In this document: in pieces, positions 39,729 through 49,924 of the stretch | How the letters are laid out: every line of letters starts with the position of its first letter | How positions within the stretch are numbered: position 1 is the stretch's first letter | Source of the DNA: Alphaproteobacteria bacterium | GTDB lineage: Bacteria; Pseudomonadota; Alphaproteobacteria; SMXQ01 | DNA length: 64,000 bases | Direction of reading: 5' to 3' | Assembly (NCBI GenBank): GCA_038145705.1 | Contig: JAYQQF010000016.1 | Location: 6,675 to 70,674, forward strand | The notes under the pieces: generated by a model | Told to the model about the DNA's origin: nothing | Database searches by the model: none | Seen by the model: the letters and a program-made list of their open reading frames with translations, nothing else | Position numbers and translations under genes: made by a program

Positions 39729-40787
39729 GTGGAGAGGCGGAGACATTTCATCGGGCGGACGTGTGTCCGCGCACTGGCCGTCGTGGTTATGGCGGCGTTA
39801 TCAGCCGTCGGCAGCGCCGCGGCCCAGGAATACTACAAGGGCAAGGTGTTCACGGTGGTGGTCGCCTCGAAGGCGGGCGGCGGCACCGACACGACGGCGC
39901 GCGTCGTGGCCCGTTATTGGGGCGATCACATCCCCGGCAAGCCCAAGGTGGTCGTCCGCAACAAGGGCGTGCAGGTTTCCGCCGCCAACGAGTTGCAGCA
40001 CTCGACCCGGCCTGACGGGCTGACGGTGGCGGTGTTCGCGGGCGCCGGTTCGCTCGGCCCCGTCGCGCGCAAGGCAAAGGGCGTTCGCTACAATCCGCTC
40101 GATTGGGGGATCGTCGGTTCCGTCGATCGCGGCCCCAGCATCATGATCCTGCGCAAATCGGCCCATGAACGCCTTTACGACAAGTCGAAGCCGCCGGTCA
40201 CCATCGGCTCGGTCTCGACCGATCGCGAGCAGGATGCCATCGCCGTCCTTGGCGGCGAGGCGCTCGGCTGGAACATCAAGTTCGTGCTCGGCTATCCTAG
40301 TTCGAACCAGATCTATCTTGCCTACGAGCGGGGCGAAGTGGACATGTTCGGTTCAGGCACGGCCGACATCATCGAACGCTTCGTCAAGGAGGGGCACACC
40401 ATCGCGCTGCTTTCCGAAGTGGCGCGGCCCGACTTCAAGAACGTGCCGACCCTGGAAGCCGTTCTCGGCAACAAGAAGCCGACGGGCCTTCTGTGGAAGG
40501 CCTACCGGTCCTGGGGCGCCGGGGCGGTCGACAAGTATTTCGCCCTGCCGCCGAAGAGCAAGCCCGAGCACCTGAATACCCTGCGCGAGTCTTTCATGGC
40601 GACGATGCGCAGCGCCGACTTCACCAAGGCGGCGGCCGACCAGCTCGGCGAGGGTGCGACGCCGGTCAATGGACAGGAGACACACGAACGCATAGAGGCG
40701 GCGCTGCATATTCCGGACGATGTGATCGCCACCATTCGCACGCTGCGTCAGAAGTACGGTCTGCCGCAGGTTACATCCAAGAAATAG
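39729..40787 (+). CDS. tctC: Bug/TctC substrate-binding protein
   Basis: Signal peptide (AAA-Q); AGGGTDTTAR, PDGLT, YERGEVD. Start uncertain. Confidence 0.87.
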   Translation: MERRRHFIGRTCVRALAVVVMAALSAVGSAAAQEYYKGKVFTVVVASKAGGGTDTTARVVARYWGDHIPGKPKVVVRNKGVQVSAANELQHSTRPDGLTVAVFAGAGSLGPVARKAKGVRYNPLDWGIVGSVDRGPSIMILRKSAHERLYDKSKPPVTIGSVSTDREQDAIAVLGGEALGWNIKFVLGYPSSNQIYLAYERGEVDMFGSGTADIIERFVKEGHTIALLSEVARPDFKNVPTLEAVLGNKKPTGLLWKAYRSWGAGAVDKYFALPPKSKPEHLNTLRESFMATMRSADFTKAAADQLGEGATPVNGQETHERIEAALHIPDDVIATIRTLRQKYGLPQVTSKK

Positions 40788-40839
40788 CTGGCAAGAAATA
40801 ACCGGCCGTTTTCCGGGCTAGGCGAAAAGGAAAAGAACA

Positions 40840-42318
40840 ATGTTTGAAGCTGCGGTTCATGGGCTCACTCAACTGATGCAGCCCGTTCCGCTCGGCTGGC
40901 TCGTGCTCGGGGTGGCGCTGGGTCTGTGGGGCGGTGCATTGCCGGGGGTCGGCGGTCCGGCCCAGCTCGCCGTGCTGCTGCCCTTTGCCATGCTGATGAC
41001 GCCGATCAACGCGATCGCGTTCCTGATCGGTGTCGCTTCGGTCGGTAATACCGGCAACACCTTTACCTCGGTTCTCGTCGCCGTTCCGGGGGGATCGGGC
41101 TCGCAAGCGACGATCCTCGACGGCTATCCGATGGCAAGACGGGGCGAAGCGAAACGCGCCCTGAGCGCGTCCTTCATGGCCTCGATGCTGGGCGGCATCA
41201 TCGGTGCCTTCTTCCTGTTCGCCTCGGTGCCCATCCTGAAGCCGCTGATCCGCAGTTTCGGCTCGCCCGAGCTGTTCATGTTCACGATCTGGGGCATCAG
41301 CATGGTCGGCATCCTGAGCGCCGGCGCGCCGATCAAGGGCCTGACCGCGGGCATCCTCGGCGTCCTCGTCTCGACCATCGGCCAGGACGAGAAATCCGGC
41401 GTCATCCGCTTCGATGTGGGCGAGCCCTACCTGTGGAACGGCATCAGCATCGTGCTGGTGTCGCTCAGCGTCTTCGCCATTCCCGAGGTGATCGCCATGG
41501 CGACGCGGCGGGGCAAGGTCGCGGAACTGACGCCGCTCGGCGAAACCGGTATCTGGCAGGGGATCAAGGACACTTTCATTCACTGGAAGCTGGTGATCCG
41601 CTGCTCGCTGGTCGGCGTCTGGGTGGGCATCCTGCCGGGGCTGGGATCATCGGTCGCCGACTGGTTCGCCTATGCCCATGCGCGCCAGACGGAGAAAAAC
41701 CCGGAAAGCTTCGGCACCGGCGACGTGCGCGGTGTGATCGCGCCGGAAAGCTCGAACAACGCCAAGGAAGGCGGCGATCTCATCCCGACGCTGTTCTTCG
41801 GCATCCCCGGCGGGTCGTCGGCGGCGCTCTTGCTGATCGGCTTCGTCGCCGTCGGCCTCAAGCCCGGTCCCGACATCATCAATACCCAGCTCGATTCGGT
41901 CTTTGCCATCATCTGGGCGCTGGTGCTGTCGCAGGTGTTGGCCTCGATCCTGTGCTGGGCCTTCATCAAGCCCGCGGCGCAAATCTGCGTCCTGTCGTTC
42001 CATATCCTAGTGCCGCTGATCGTGGCGCTCAGCCTGCTCAGCGCCTTTGCCGCAAATTTCGCGATCGAGGACATCTTCACCCTGCTGGCGCTTTCCGTCA
42101 TGGGCTTCATCATGAAGAAATACGGCTGGCCGCGGGCGCCCTTCGTGCTCGGCGTCATCCTCGGGCCGAAGATGGAACTGTACCTGTGGCTGTCGGTTGC
42201 CCGCTATGACATGGGCTGGCTGCTGCATCCGGGCGTCATCGCGCTGGGCCTGCTGATCATCGGAACCTTCGCCTATCCCGTCTGGCGAGATGCGCGCGCG
42301 AGGAGGGCCGCGGCATGA
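40840..42318 (+). CDS. tctA: Tripartite tricarboxylate transporter permease TctA
   Basis: ATILDGYPMARRG, GVIAPESSNNA, PTLFFGIPG, LGVILGP. Confidence 0.95.
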   Translation: MFEAAVHGLTQLMQPVPLGWLVLGVALGLWGGALPGVGGPAQLAVLLPFAMLMTPINAIAFLIGVASVGNTGNTFTSVLVAVPGGSGSQATILDGYPMARRGEAKRALSASFMASMLGGIIGAFFLFASVPILKPLIRSFGSPELFMFTIWGISMVGILSAGAPIKGLTAGILGVLVSTIGQDEKSGVIRFDVGEPYLWNGISIVLVSLSVFAIPEVIAMATRRGKVAELTPLGETGIWQGIKDTFIHWKLVIRCSLVGVWVGILPGLGSSVADWFAYAHARQTEKNPESFGTGDVRGVIAPESSNNAKEGGDLIPTLFFGIPGGSSAALLLIGFVAVGLKPGPDIINTQLDSVFAIIWALVLSQVLASILCWAFIKPAAQICVLSFHILVPLIVALSLLSAFAANFAIEDIFTLLALSVMGFIMKKYGWPRAPFVLGVILGPKMELYLWLSVARYDMGWLLHPGVIALGLLIIGTFAYPVWRDARARRAAA

Positions 42319-42815
42319 GCGCGATACTTTCCGGACGCAATCTCTTCACGCTTTTTATCCTTCTGGTGTTCGTCGGCGCGCTGGTGACGGCTTCGGAATG
42401 GCCGTTGCGCGCGTCCATCATCGTTCTGGTGCTGGGGGTCTGCGGGGCGGGACTGGCGCTCGCCCAGCTCATCGTCGACCTGCGCAAGCCGCGCACGGAA
42501 AAGGACACGCCGCGCCCGACGTACGAGACGCCGTCGATCGAAACCGAAGATCCCATGCTGGGCGCGCGCGCGACGTGGGAAACCTGGGCATGGCTCGTCG
42601 GTCTCGTCGTCATGGTGCCCATCGTCGGCCTGCCGGTCGCGCTCACCGCTTTCGTTCTTCTCTATTGCAGGGCGCATGGCGGCGGCTGGCCGATTTCGCT
42701 GTTGCTGACGGCATTGGTCGCCGGGTTCATCTACGGCGTCTATGTGCAGATCATGCATGTCTACTGGCCTTCGTCGTGGCTCGGCGGGCTGCTCGAAGGC
42801 ATCGTCGAAATATAA
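42315..42815 (+). CDS. tctB: TctB-family small membrane protein
   Basis: Four to five TM segments; ATGA overlap with tctA. Confidence 0.8.
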   Translation: MSAILSGRNLFTLFILLVFVGALVTASEWPLRASIIVLVLGVCGAGLALAQLIVDLRKPRTEKDTPRPTYETPSIETEDPMLGARATWETWAWLVGLVVMVPIVGLPVALTAFVLLYCRAHGGGWPISLLLTALVAGFIYGVYVQIMHVYWPSSWLGGLLEGIVEI

Positions 42816-42839
42816 ATCGCGTCATCAGGAGAACGCTTC

Positions 42840-43226
42840 ATGGGCAAGAGACAGGCCATCGCCGGCAAGGACATTCCGTCCCATCCGCAACCCTTTCCGA
42901 CCGCCGTCAGGGTGGGGAACATGATCTTTTCGTCGGCCATCAGCGGCGAAAACCCGGCGACCGAGCAGCGTTCCGAAGATGCGGGCGAACAGATTGCCCA
43001 GGCCTTCGTCAACATGCGCCGGATCGTGGAGACCGGCGGCGGCACTGTCGGCGACATTGCCAAGGTCGTCGTCTACCTGACCGACCGCAAGGACCGCGAA
43101 CTGGTCAACCGCGAATGGCTCAAGATGTTCCCGGACGAAAACGACCGCCCGGTGCGCCACACCATCGCCACCGACCTGCCCGGCAAGAACATGCTGATCC
43201 AGCTTGAATTCATCGCCGTCCTTTGA
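42840..43226 (+). CDS. RidA/YjgF family protein
   Basis: PTAVRVGNMIFSS, WLKMFP...RPVRH, IQLEFIAV. Confidence 0.9.
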   Translation: MGKRQAIAGKDIPSHPQPFPTAVRVGNMIFSSAISGENPATEQRSEDAGEQIAQAFVNMRRIVETGGGTVGDIAKVVVYLTDRKDRELVNREWLKMFPDENDRPVRHTIATDLPGKNMLIQLEFIAVL

Positions 43227-43330
43227 GGCCGCGCGCACCGCGCGGTGCCCGCTCCTTGACGGTGCCGCAATGCGCGCTATCTTGGCCGCCGCTTTCCCGA
43301 CCGTTTCACGGATAACCGGCACGGCACCGC

Positions 43331-44557
43331 GTGACCGATACGCTGTCTTCATTGCCGCCGCCCGACCGGCGCACCCTGGCTGCTTCCTACGGGATCGGCC
43401 TGTTCAGCATGGGCCAGGCGGAAATGCTGACCATGGTGGTGCCGCTGTGGGCGGTTCATCAGGGCGTTCCGGCCGCGGGCATCGGCATCCTTGTCGGCGC
43501 CAAGTCGTTGCTGACCTTCTTCCTCGCCATTCATGGCGGGGCGATGATGGACCGCATCGGTACGCGCCGGGTGATGCTGTTCTTCGCCGTCGTCACCGGC
43601 GGTGTGGCTGCCCTTTACCCGGCCCTGCCGTGGTTCCCCTTCATGGTCGGCTTGCAGATGCTGATCGGCTTCGGCGGCAACATGGCCTGGATCGGGGCGC
43701 AGACGATCATCGCGCGGGTGGCGCGCGGCGATCCCGGCGGTATTGGCCGCTTCAGCTTCTTCGCGCGCATCGGCAACGTGGTGGCGCCGCTGGTCATGGG
43801 CCTGCTGTGGGATTTCGCCGGACCGACGGTCTGTTTCCTCAGCGTCGGGGTGTGGAGCGCCTTCCTGTTCTACGCCGTCTGGCAAATTCCGCAGGCGACG
43901 CTGGGCGAGCGGCCGCCCCAGTCCTTCGACTGGCGCGATGTCTTGCCCCGGCTCAAGGACTACACGGGCTCGATCGGGCTGATCGTCATACCGGCGGTGG
44001 CCTTCACCCTCGCGATTTCCTTTCTGCGCCATGCGACAAACGGCGTCGAAAACTCGTTCTTCATCGTCTACCTGCGCGATCTGAATTTTGCCGGCACCAT
44101 GATCGGGGCGCTGTTTTCGGTAGCGGAAATCCTCAATGGCTTCGGCTCGCTCGCCTCGGGCTGGTTCGCCCGCAGGCTCCCCATTCCCTGGCTGATGGTG
44201 GGGTTCACCGCTATTTCCATCACCCTTCTGGGCGCAACGCCCTTCATGGGCGGCGTGTTCGTGTTCCTGGCGGCGGCCCATGCGCTGCGCCGCACCTTCG
44301 AAGGCATCGTCCAGCCCCTGATGTTCTCGCTGCAGGCGCGCTCGGTGTCGCGCGACCTGCAAGGCTCCATCGTTGGCCTGCGCGTCACCAACAACCGCCT
44401 GTCGTCGATCATCACGCCGATCCTGATGGGCTTCATCGTCGAACGCTTCGGCATCATGACCGGCTTCTTCACGATGAGCGCGATTTTGCTCGTCGTCTGC
44501 GCGGCGCTGGCGATCGCGCTCTGGCGGGTCAAGGCGCTGCGCCTGCACGGCGAATGA
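43331..44557 (+). CDS. MFS transporter
   Basis: About 12 TM; GAMMDRIGTRR motif A. Confidence 0.9.
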   Translation: MTDTLSSLPPPDRRTLAASYGIGLFSMGQAEMLTMVVPLWAVHQGVPAAGIGILVGAKSLLTFFLAIHGGAMMDRIGTRRVMLFFAVVTGGVAALYPALPWFPFMVGLQMLIGFGGNMAWIGAQTIIARVARGDPGGIGRFSFFARIGNVVAPLVMGLLWDFAGPTVCFLSVGVWSAFLFYAVWQIPQATLGERPPQSFDWRDVLPRLKDYTGSIGLIVIPAVAFTLAISFLRHATNGVENSFFIVYLRDLNFAGTMIGALFSVAEILNGFGSLASGWFARRLPIPWLMVGFTAISITLLGATPFMGGVFVFLAAAHALRRTFEGIVQPLMFSLQARSVSRDLQGSIVGLRVTNNRLSSIITPILMGFIVERFGIMTGFFTMSAILLVVCAALAIALWRVKALRLHGE

Positions 44558-44573
44558 CGGCGGGGGCCGGCCG

Positions 44574-45854
44574 ATGACGGCAGCCCCCGACAAACCCCGC
44601 GAGCGGGCGCTGGACCTGTTCCGCCACGGCCCCTTCCGGCTGGTCTTTACGATCCGCTTCGCGTCCCAGACCGCGAACCTGATGCTCGGCGTCGTCGTCG
44701 GTTGGTATATTTACGACCTGACCGGCAGCGCGCTTGATCTCGGCCTGATCGGCCTTGTCCAGTTCATGCCGGCGCTTCTGCTGGCGCTGCATGCGGGGCA
44801 GGTGGCCGATCGCGTCGACCGGCGGAAAATCCTGCGCATCTGTTTCGCCATCGAACTGCTGACGCCGCTGGGTTTTCTCGTTCTCGTCAACGTGCCGCAG
44901 CCGCCCCTTGCGTTGTTCTATGGGCTGCTGCTGGTTTCCGCGACGGCACGGGCCTACGAAGCGCCTGCCCTTCAGGCGCTTCTGCCCAGCATGGTCGGGC
45001 GCGACGTGCTGGCCCGCGCCATCGCGCTCTCGACATCGGCGCAGAAGCTTTCGGTGCTCGTCGGGCCGTCCCTCGGCGGGTTCATCTACATCTTCGGGGC
45101 GAGTGTCGATTTCGGCGTCTGCCTCGTGCTGGTGGCACTCGCGGGCTGGTGCGCCCTGCTATTGCCCCCGCCGCCTTTTGCCGAAGCCGCCGCCAAGCGC
45201 GGCCGTGACTGGAACACGGTCTTCGCCGGCCTCCGGCTCATTCGCGGCAACCCCATCCTGCTCGGCCTGCTGACGCTTGACCTGATGGCGACGTTCTTCG
45301 GTGGTGTTGCCGCGCTCCTGCCGATCTTCGCCAAGGATATTCTCCATACCGGGCCCTGGGGTCTCGGCCTGCTGCGCTCGGGCCCCGCCATCGGCGCGCT
45401 GGTGATGGCGGTGGTTCTTGCCCGCTGGCCGGTGAAAAGGGCGGCGGGGCGGCTCGTGTTCCTGGGCGTTGCGATCTACGGGGTGTTCACCATCCTGTTC
45501 GGGTTTTCGACGAACTTCATACTGTCGATGATCTGCATGTGCGGTATCGGCGCGGGCGACATGCTCGGCCAGGTCCTGCGCCAGACCATCATCCAGCTGC
45601 GCATACCCGACGACATGCGCGGGCGCGTTGCCGCCGTGTCGGGGCTGTCGGTCCATGTCGGCGGCCAGCTCGGCCAGTTCGAATCGGGCGTGGTGGCAGC
45701 GTGGATCGGCGCGGTGGGTTCGGCCGTCGTCGGCGGCGTCGTGGTGCTGGCGGTGGTGGGCGTCTGGATGTGGAAGTTCCCCACCCTGCGCCGCATCGAG
45801 ACGCCGGAAGCGGTGGACGCCCCGGATCCGCCCGCGGCGCCGAAGCGCGAATGA
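44574..45854 (+). CDS. MFS transporter (MFS_3/EntS-like), paralog of 28158..29390
   Basis: GQVADRVDRR, DLGLIGL, PDDMRGRV. Confidence 0.92.
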   Translation: MTAAPDKPRERALDLFRHGPFRLVFTIRFASQTANLMLGVVVGWYIYDLTGSALDLGLIGLVQFMPALLLALHAGQVADRVDRRKILRICFAIELLTPLGFLVLVNVPQPPLALFYGLLLVSATARAYEAPALQALLPSMVGRDVLARAIALSTSAQKLSVLVGPSLGGFIYIFGASVDFGVCLVLVALAGWCALLLPPPPFAEAAAKRGRDWNTVFAGLRLIRGNPILLGLLTLDLMATFFGGVAALLPIFAKDILHTGPWGLGLLRSGPAIGALVMAVVLARWPVKRAAGRLVFLGVAIYGVFTILFGFSTNFILSMICMCGIGAGDMLGQVLRQTIIQLRIPDDMRGRVAAVSGLSVHVGGQLGQFESGVVAAWIGAVGSAVVGGVVVLAVVGVWMWKFPTLRRIETPEAVDAPDPPAAPKRE

Positions 45855-45927
45855 CACGAAAGGCCATCCGCGCCGCGCCCGCTTCATGTAAGATGCGGGC
45901 AAACATTTGCACCGCGAGGAATTCATC

Positions 45928-46743
45928 ATGGCCAAGGCCGTGAAAAAGGCGAAAGCGAAGAAGGCTGCCAAGCGCAAGCCGGCGCGTCGCAAGTCGGTGA
46001 AGCGGTCGGTCAGCGCGGCGGAGTGGGAAACGCGGGTCGAGCTTGCCGCTGCTTTCCGCATGGCCCATCACTTGGGCTGGAACGACCGCCTGGTGAACCA
46101 CATTACTGCCCGCGTTCCCGACCAGCCGGATTATTTCCTGATGAACCCGCACGGCCTCGGCTGGCACGAAATCACCGCGTCCTGCCTGGTGAAGGCCGAT
46201 TTCAAGGGCAATATCGTGAGCGAGGCGGAAGCGACCCTCGCCCCCGCCGGCCTCAATTTCCACAGCGCCATCCTCGACAAGAAGCGCGACGTCGCCTGCG
46301 TCTGCCACACGCACCCGACCACCGGCGTCGTCGTTTCGGCGCTCAAGGGCGGGCTCAAGATCATCGACCAGACCGGGTGCATTCTGTGGGGCGAGATCGG
46401 CTATCACGATTTCGAGGGCTACGCGCGGGCAAAGGACGAGGCGCCGCGCATCATCAACGACCTCGGCGACCGCAAGGCGCTGATCATGCGCAACCACGGG
46501 CTTCTGACCGTGGGCCGCGAGATCGGCGAGGCCTTTACCTACATGCGCCGGCTGATCTACGCCTGCGAACTTTACGAGCGCACGCTGCAGACCGGCGTCG
46601 AGATCCACGAGATCCCCGATGAGGTCAAGAATCATACCCGCGGCCAGAACCGCCAGCGCGCCGGCAACAAACCCTATGGCGGGGCGGAATGGCGCATGAC
46701 CCGTCGCATGGCCGACGCGCTCTATCCGGCCCATCGCAGCTAG
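45928..46743 (+). CDS. Class II aldolase/adducin family protein with Lys-rich N-terminus
   Basis: NHITARVP, FHSAI, HTH, MRNHGLLT. Confidence 0.92.
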   Translation: MAKAVKKAKAKKAAKRKPARRKSVKRSVSAAEWETRVELAAAFRMAHHLGWNDRLVNHITARVPDQPDYFLMNPHGLGWHEITASCLVKADFKGNIVSEAEATLAPAGLNFHSAILDKKRDVACVCHTHPTTGVVVSALKGGLKIIDQTGCILWGEIGYHDFEGYARAKDEAPRIINDLGDRKALIMRNHGLLTVGREIGEAFTYMRRLIYACELYERTLQTGVEIHEIPDEVKNHTRGQNRQRAGNKPYGGAEWRMTRRMADALYPAHRS

Positions 46744-46955
46744 GCCGCAGCCTAACCCATTGAAATTGAAAAAAAACGCCGGGTCCTCGGGGGGCTCGGC
46801 TGTTGCCTTGTGCAAAAATCAGAATCGGCTACGAATAAATAAAATCAGTGTTCGCGCCGGGGGGGCTAATCAATTACCCTGTTGGCGGCTAAGCTATTGG
46901 CTGCACAAGAATCATTGGGATCGGAGCAAATCCGGCCCGCAGGGAGAACTGGGGC

Positions 46956-47696
46956 ATGGCGTCACAAGGCGCGCACAGCGACGCGCGTGAACTCGTCGCA
47001 AAATCCTGCCGCATGCTGGGCGGCCTTGGCCTGACCAAGGCGGCGACCGGCCATGTCAGCCAGCGCTCTCCCGACGGCAAGCATGTCCTGATCCGCGCCC
47101 GCGGGCGTGATGAGATCGGCGTGCGCTACACCACCGCCGAACAGGTCATCATGGTCGATCTTGACGGCAAGAAGGTGGACGGGGCCGACGGCCTTGCCGC
47201 ACCGTCAGAGGTCTATCTGCACGTGCATCTCTACCGCACCCGGCCCGAGGTGCAGAGCGTCGTCCACATTCACCCGCCGACGGTAGTGCTGTTCACCATC
47301 TGCGAGATGCCGCTGCAGCCGATCTACGGCGGCTACGATCCGGGCAGCCTCGACCTGCTGCTGAAGGGCATTCCCACCTATGGGCGCTCGATCACCATCA
47401 CCAATTTCGAGCTGGCGAAGGAATTCGGCGCGGCCATGGGCGACAAGAACGTCTGCCTGATGCGCGGCCACGGCATCACCACGGCGGGCGCCAGCGTCGA
47501 GGAAGCGACGGTGACGGCGATCCGCCTCAACGAGCTGGCCGAGATGAACTTCCGCGCCCATCAGCTCGGCACGCCGAAGCCGATTTCGGACGAAGACATC
47601 GCCGAGTTCCAGCGCCGCCGTAACCGCGGCGAATCGAAGGGCGCGGTGCACATGAATTCGACCTGGCGTTATTACGCCGATCTTTCGGGGGCCTGA
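46956..47696 (+). CDS. Class II aldolase/adducin family protein (possible aromatic decarboxylase)
   Basis: GHVSQR, PSEVYLH, VVHIHP, MRGHGIT. Confidence 0.9.
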   Translation: MASQGAHSDARELVAKSCRMLGGLGLTKAATGHVSQRSPDGKHVLIRARGRDEIGVRYTTAEQVIMVDLDGKKVDGADGLAAPSEVYLHVHLYRTRPEVQSVVHIHPPTVVLFTICEMPLQPIYGGYDPGSLDLLLKGIPTYGRSITITNFELAKEFGAAMGDKNVCLMRGHGITTAGASVEEATVTAIRLNELAEMNFRAHQLGTPKPISDEDIAEFQRRRNRGESKGAVHMNSTWRYYADLSGA

Positions 47697-47697
47697 G

Positions 47698-48888
47698 ATG
47701 GCGGGGAAGGCTAAAAAGCAACTGCGTGTGGGCGTTGCCGGGCTGGGCGTCGCATCGTCGCAGGTGCTGCCGGCTTTCCGCCCGGGCGCGCCGTATCTGC
47801 TCGCGGGCGGCGCCGATACCAGCGCCCTGGCGCGCAAGGACTTCGCCGAACGTTACGGCCGGCCGGCTTACGCGACCGTGGGCGAGCTTTGCGCCCGAGA
47901 TGATGTCGATGCGGTGTGGATTTCGACGCCCAATACGCTCCATATGGAGCACACCATCACCGCCGCGCGGGCGGGCAAGCATGTCATCTGCGAGAAGCCG
48001 ATGGCGGTGACGTTGCAGCAGTGCGACCGCATGATCCGCGCCTGCGAGGATGCGGGCGTTCATTACCTGCAGGGCCATTCCAAAATCTACCAGGCGCCCA
48101 TGAAGGCGATCCGCAAGGTGATCAAGTCCGGCCGCCTCGGGCGCGTCGTGCAGATCCATGCGGCGAACTTCAACGACTGGCTCCAGCGTCCGCGTCTTGC
48201 GCCTGAACTCGATACGACCAAGGGCGGCGGCATCGTCTACCGGCAGGGTCCGCATATCATCGACATCGTGCGCTTCATCGGCGGCGGCATGGTCGATAAC
48301 GTGCGCGGCGTGTCCGGGCGCGCCGACAAGAATTTCGACACCGAAGGCCATTTTTCAGCTCTGCTCGAATTCGACAACGGGGCCACGGCCACCGTGACAT
48401 TCAACGGCTACGGCTATTTCGACGTCACCGAGCTGACCTGGGGCATCGGCGAATCGGGCCGGGTGCAGACAGGTGCCCGCAGTTTTCCGCGCGCCGACAA
48501 GCCGCGCCTCCTGGGGCCAGCGAACCCGGCGCGCAAGCGCGCCGTCGCACAGGATCGCGGCAATCACGGCGCCGGGGCCGGGGCGAAGGATGAGCGCCAC
48601 CAGCCGTTCTTCGGCCTGAGCGTGGTGTTCTGCGAGAAGGGCGTCATCCGCCAGGCGCCCGACGGCATCTACGTCTACACCCAGAAGGGGCGGGAAGAGA
48701 TCCCGCTGAGCGAGGGCCACGGCCGCAGCCAGGAACTGCAGGAACTGGTCGATGCCATCGCCCGCAAGCGCCCGGCCTTTCCCGACGGGCACTGGGGCAA
48801 GGCGACGCTCGAGGTCTGCCTCGCCATCATGCAATCGGGCCGGGACGGCAAGGTGCGCCGCCTGAAGCACCAAGTTCCGGCACCCTGA
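47698..48888 (+). CDS. Gfo/Idh/MocA oxidoreductase (phthalate cis-dihydrodiol dehydrogenase-like)
   Basis: GVAGLG, TPNTLH, EKPMA, RPR...ELDT..GGG, GYGYFD, WGKATLEVCLAI. Confidence 0.9.
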   Translation: MAGKAKKQLRVGVAGLGVASSQVLPAFRPGAPYLLAGGADTSALARKDFAERYGRPAYATVGELCARDDVDAVWISTPNTLHMEHTITAARAGKHVICEKPMAVTLQQCDRMIRACEDAGVHYLQGHSKIYQAPMKAIRKVIKSGRLGRVVQIHAANFNDWLQRPRLAPELDTTKGGGIVYRQGPHIIDIVRFIGGGMVDNVRGVSGRADKNFDTEGHFSALLEFDNGATATVTFNGYGYFDVTELTWGIGESGRVQTGARSFPRADKPRLLGPANPARKRAVAQDRGNHGAGAGAKDERHQPFFGLSVVFCEKGVIRQAPDGIYVYTQKGREEIPLSEGHGRSQELQELVDAIARKRPAFPDGHWGKATLEVCLAIMQSGRDGKVRRLKHQVPAP

Positions 48889-48907
48889 AGGATCGAGGAG
48901 ACCACCA

Positions 48908-49897
48908 ATGGATCGCATAAGTTTTCCCTACCGCGCGCACAGCCATCTCGTACTGATGCATGTGATCCAGGAGTCGGGGGCCTGGGCCCGGCAGGGCCTT
49001 GAGGTCGATTACGAGCGCGTCATCAGCCGCGAGGACGCCCACGAGCTCGTCCCCAAGGGCGAGGTCGAATTCGTTTCCGGCAACCACGTGTCGACCTATG
49101 CGGCGCGGGCCCGCGGCGATACCTGGACCTACGTCGGCCAGAGCATGAGCAACAATAACGTCGCCCTGGTGACGCGCGAGGAAACCGGCATCAATTCCCT
49201 CGCCGATCTGCGCAACCGCAAGGTCGGCACCCGCGGCAACCACCCGTATCTCAATGCGTGGCTTTATCTGAAGCAGCACGGCCTTGACGCGGACAAGGAC
49301 GAGGTCGAACTGGTGCGCCGCGCCCAGCAGGACGTGACCGAGGCGGGAAAGCCGCGCCGCAAGACGCTGGCCGAGATGGTCCGCGACAAGGATGTCGACG
49401 CCTGCTTCCTGAGCCAGCCCAATGCGGAACTGGCGAAGCGCTCGGGGCTGAAGGTCATCCCGCTCGATCCGCAGCACATGATTTTCTACATGACCATGTC
49501 GACCAGCAAAAAGATGGTGGACGAGCATCCGGACGTGGTCACGCGGGTGCTCAAGGCGATCATCGAAGGCATTGCCTTCTTCAAGATCAACCGCGAAGCG
49601 ACCATCAAGATCCTGATGGAACGCTACGACAATGACGGCAAGCTGAGCCGCGAAGTCGCCGAAATTCTCTACGACGACCTTTCGCCGAAGCTCGACCCCA
49701 GGCTGATTCCCAGCATGCAGTCGATCTTCAACGTCTATCAGGAAGCCCTGAAGCAGGACGAAAAGAACGGCGATGCCAAGAACATCCATCCGCTGGCGCT
49801 GTGGGATTTCCATTTCCTCCGCCAGATCGAGGATTCCGGTTTCATCGCCAATCTCTACAAGGACCATCCGCAGTTGCTGCTGGGCCACGGAGCCTGA
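48908..49897 (+). CDS. NMT1/SsuA-like periplasmic-binding-fold protein lacking a signal peptide
   Basis: GLEVD...GEVEFV...INSLADLRNRKVG...VDA pattern; starts 20 nt after upstream stop with GAGGAG RBS and no hydrophobic leader. Confidence 0.8.
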   Translation: MDRISFPYRAHSHLVLMHVIQESGAWARQGLEVDYERVISREDAHELVPKGEVEFVSGNHVSTYAARARGDTWTYVGQSMSNNNVALVTREETGINSLADLRNRKVGTRGNHPYLNAWLYLKQHGLDADKDEVELVRRAQQDVTEAGKPRRKTLAEMVRDKDVDACFLSQPNAELAKRSGLKVIPLDPQHMIFYMTMSTSKKMVDEHPDVVTRVLKAIIEGIAFFKINREATIKILMERYDNDGKLSREVAEILYDDLSPKLDPRLIPSMQSIFNVYQEALKQDEKNGDAKNIHPLALWDFHFLRQIEDSGFIANLYKDHPQLLLGHGA

Positions 49898-49924
49898 GCG
49901 GCCCGCGATACGAGGGAGATCGCC

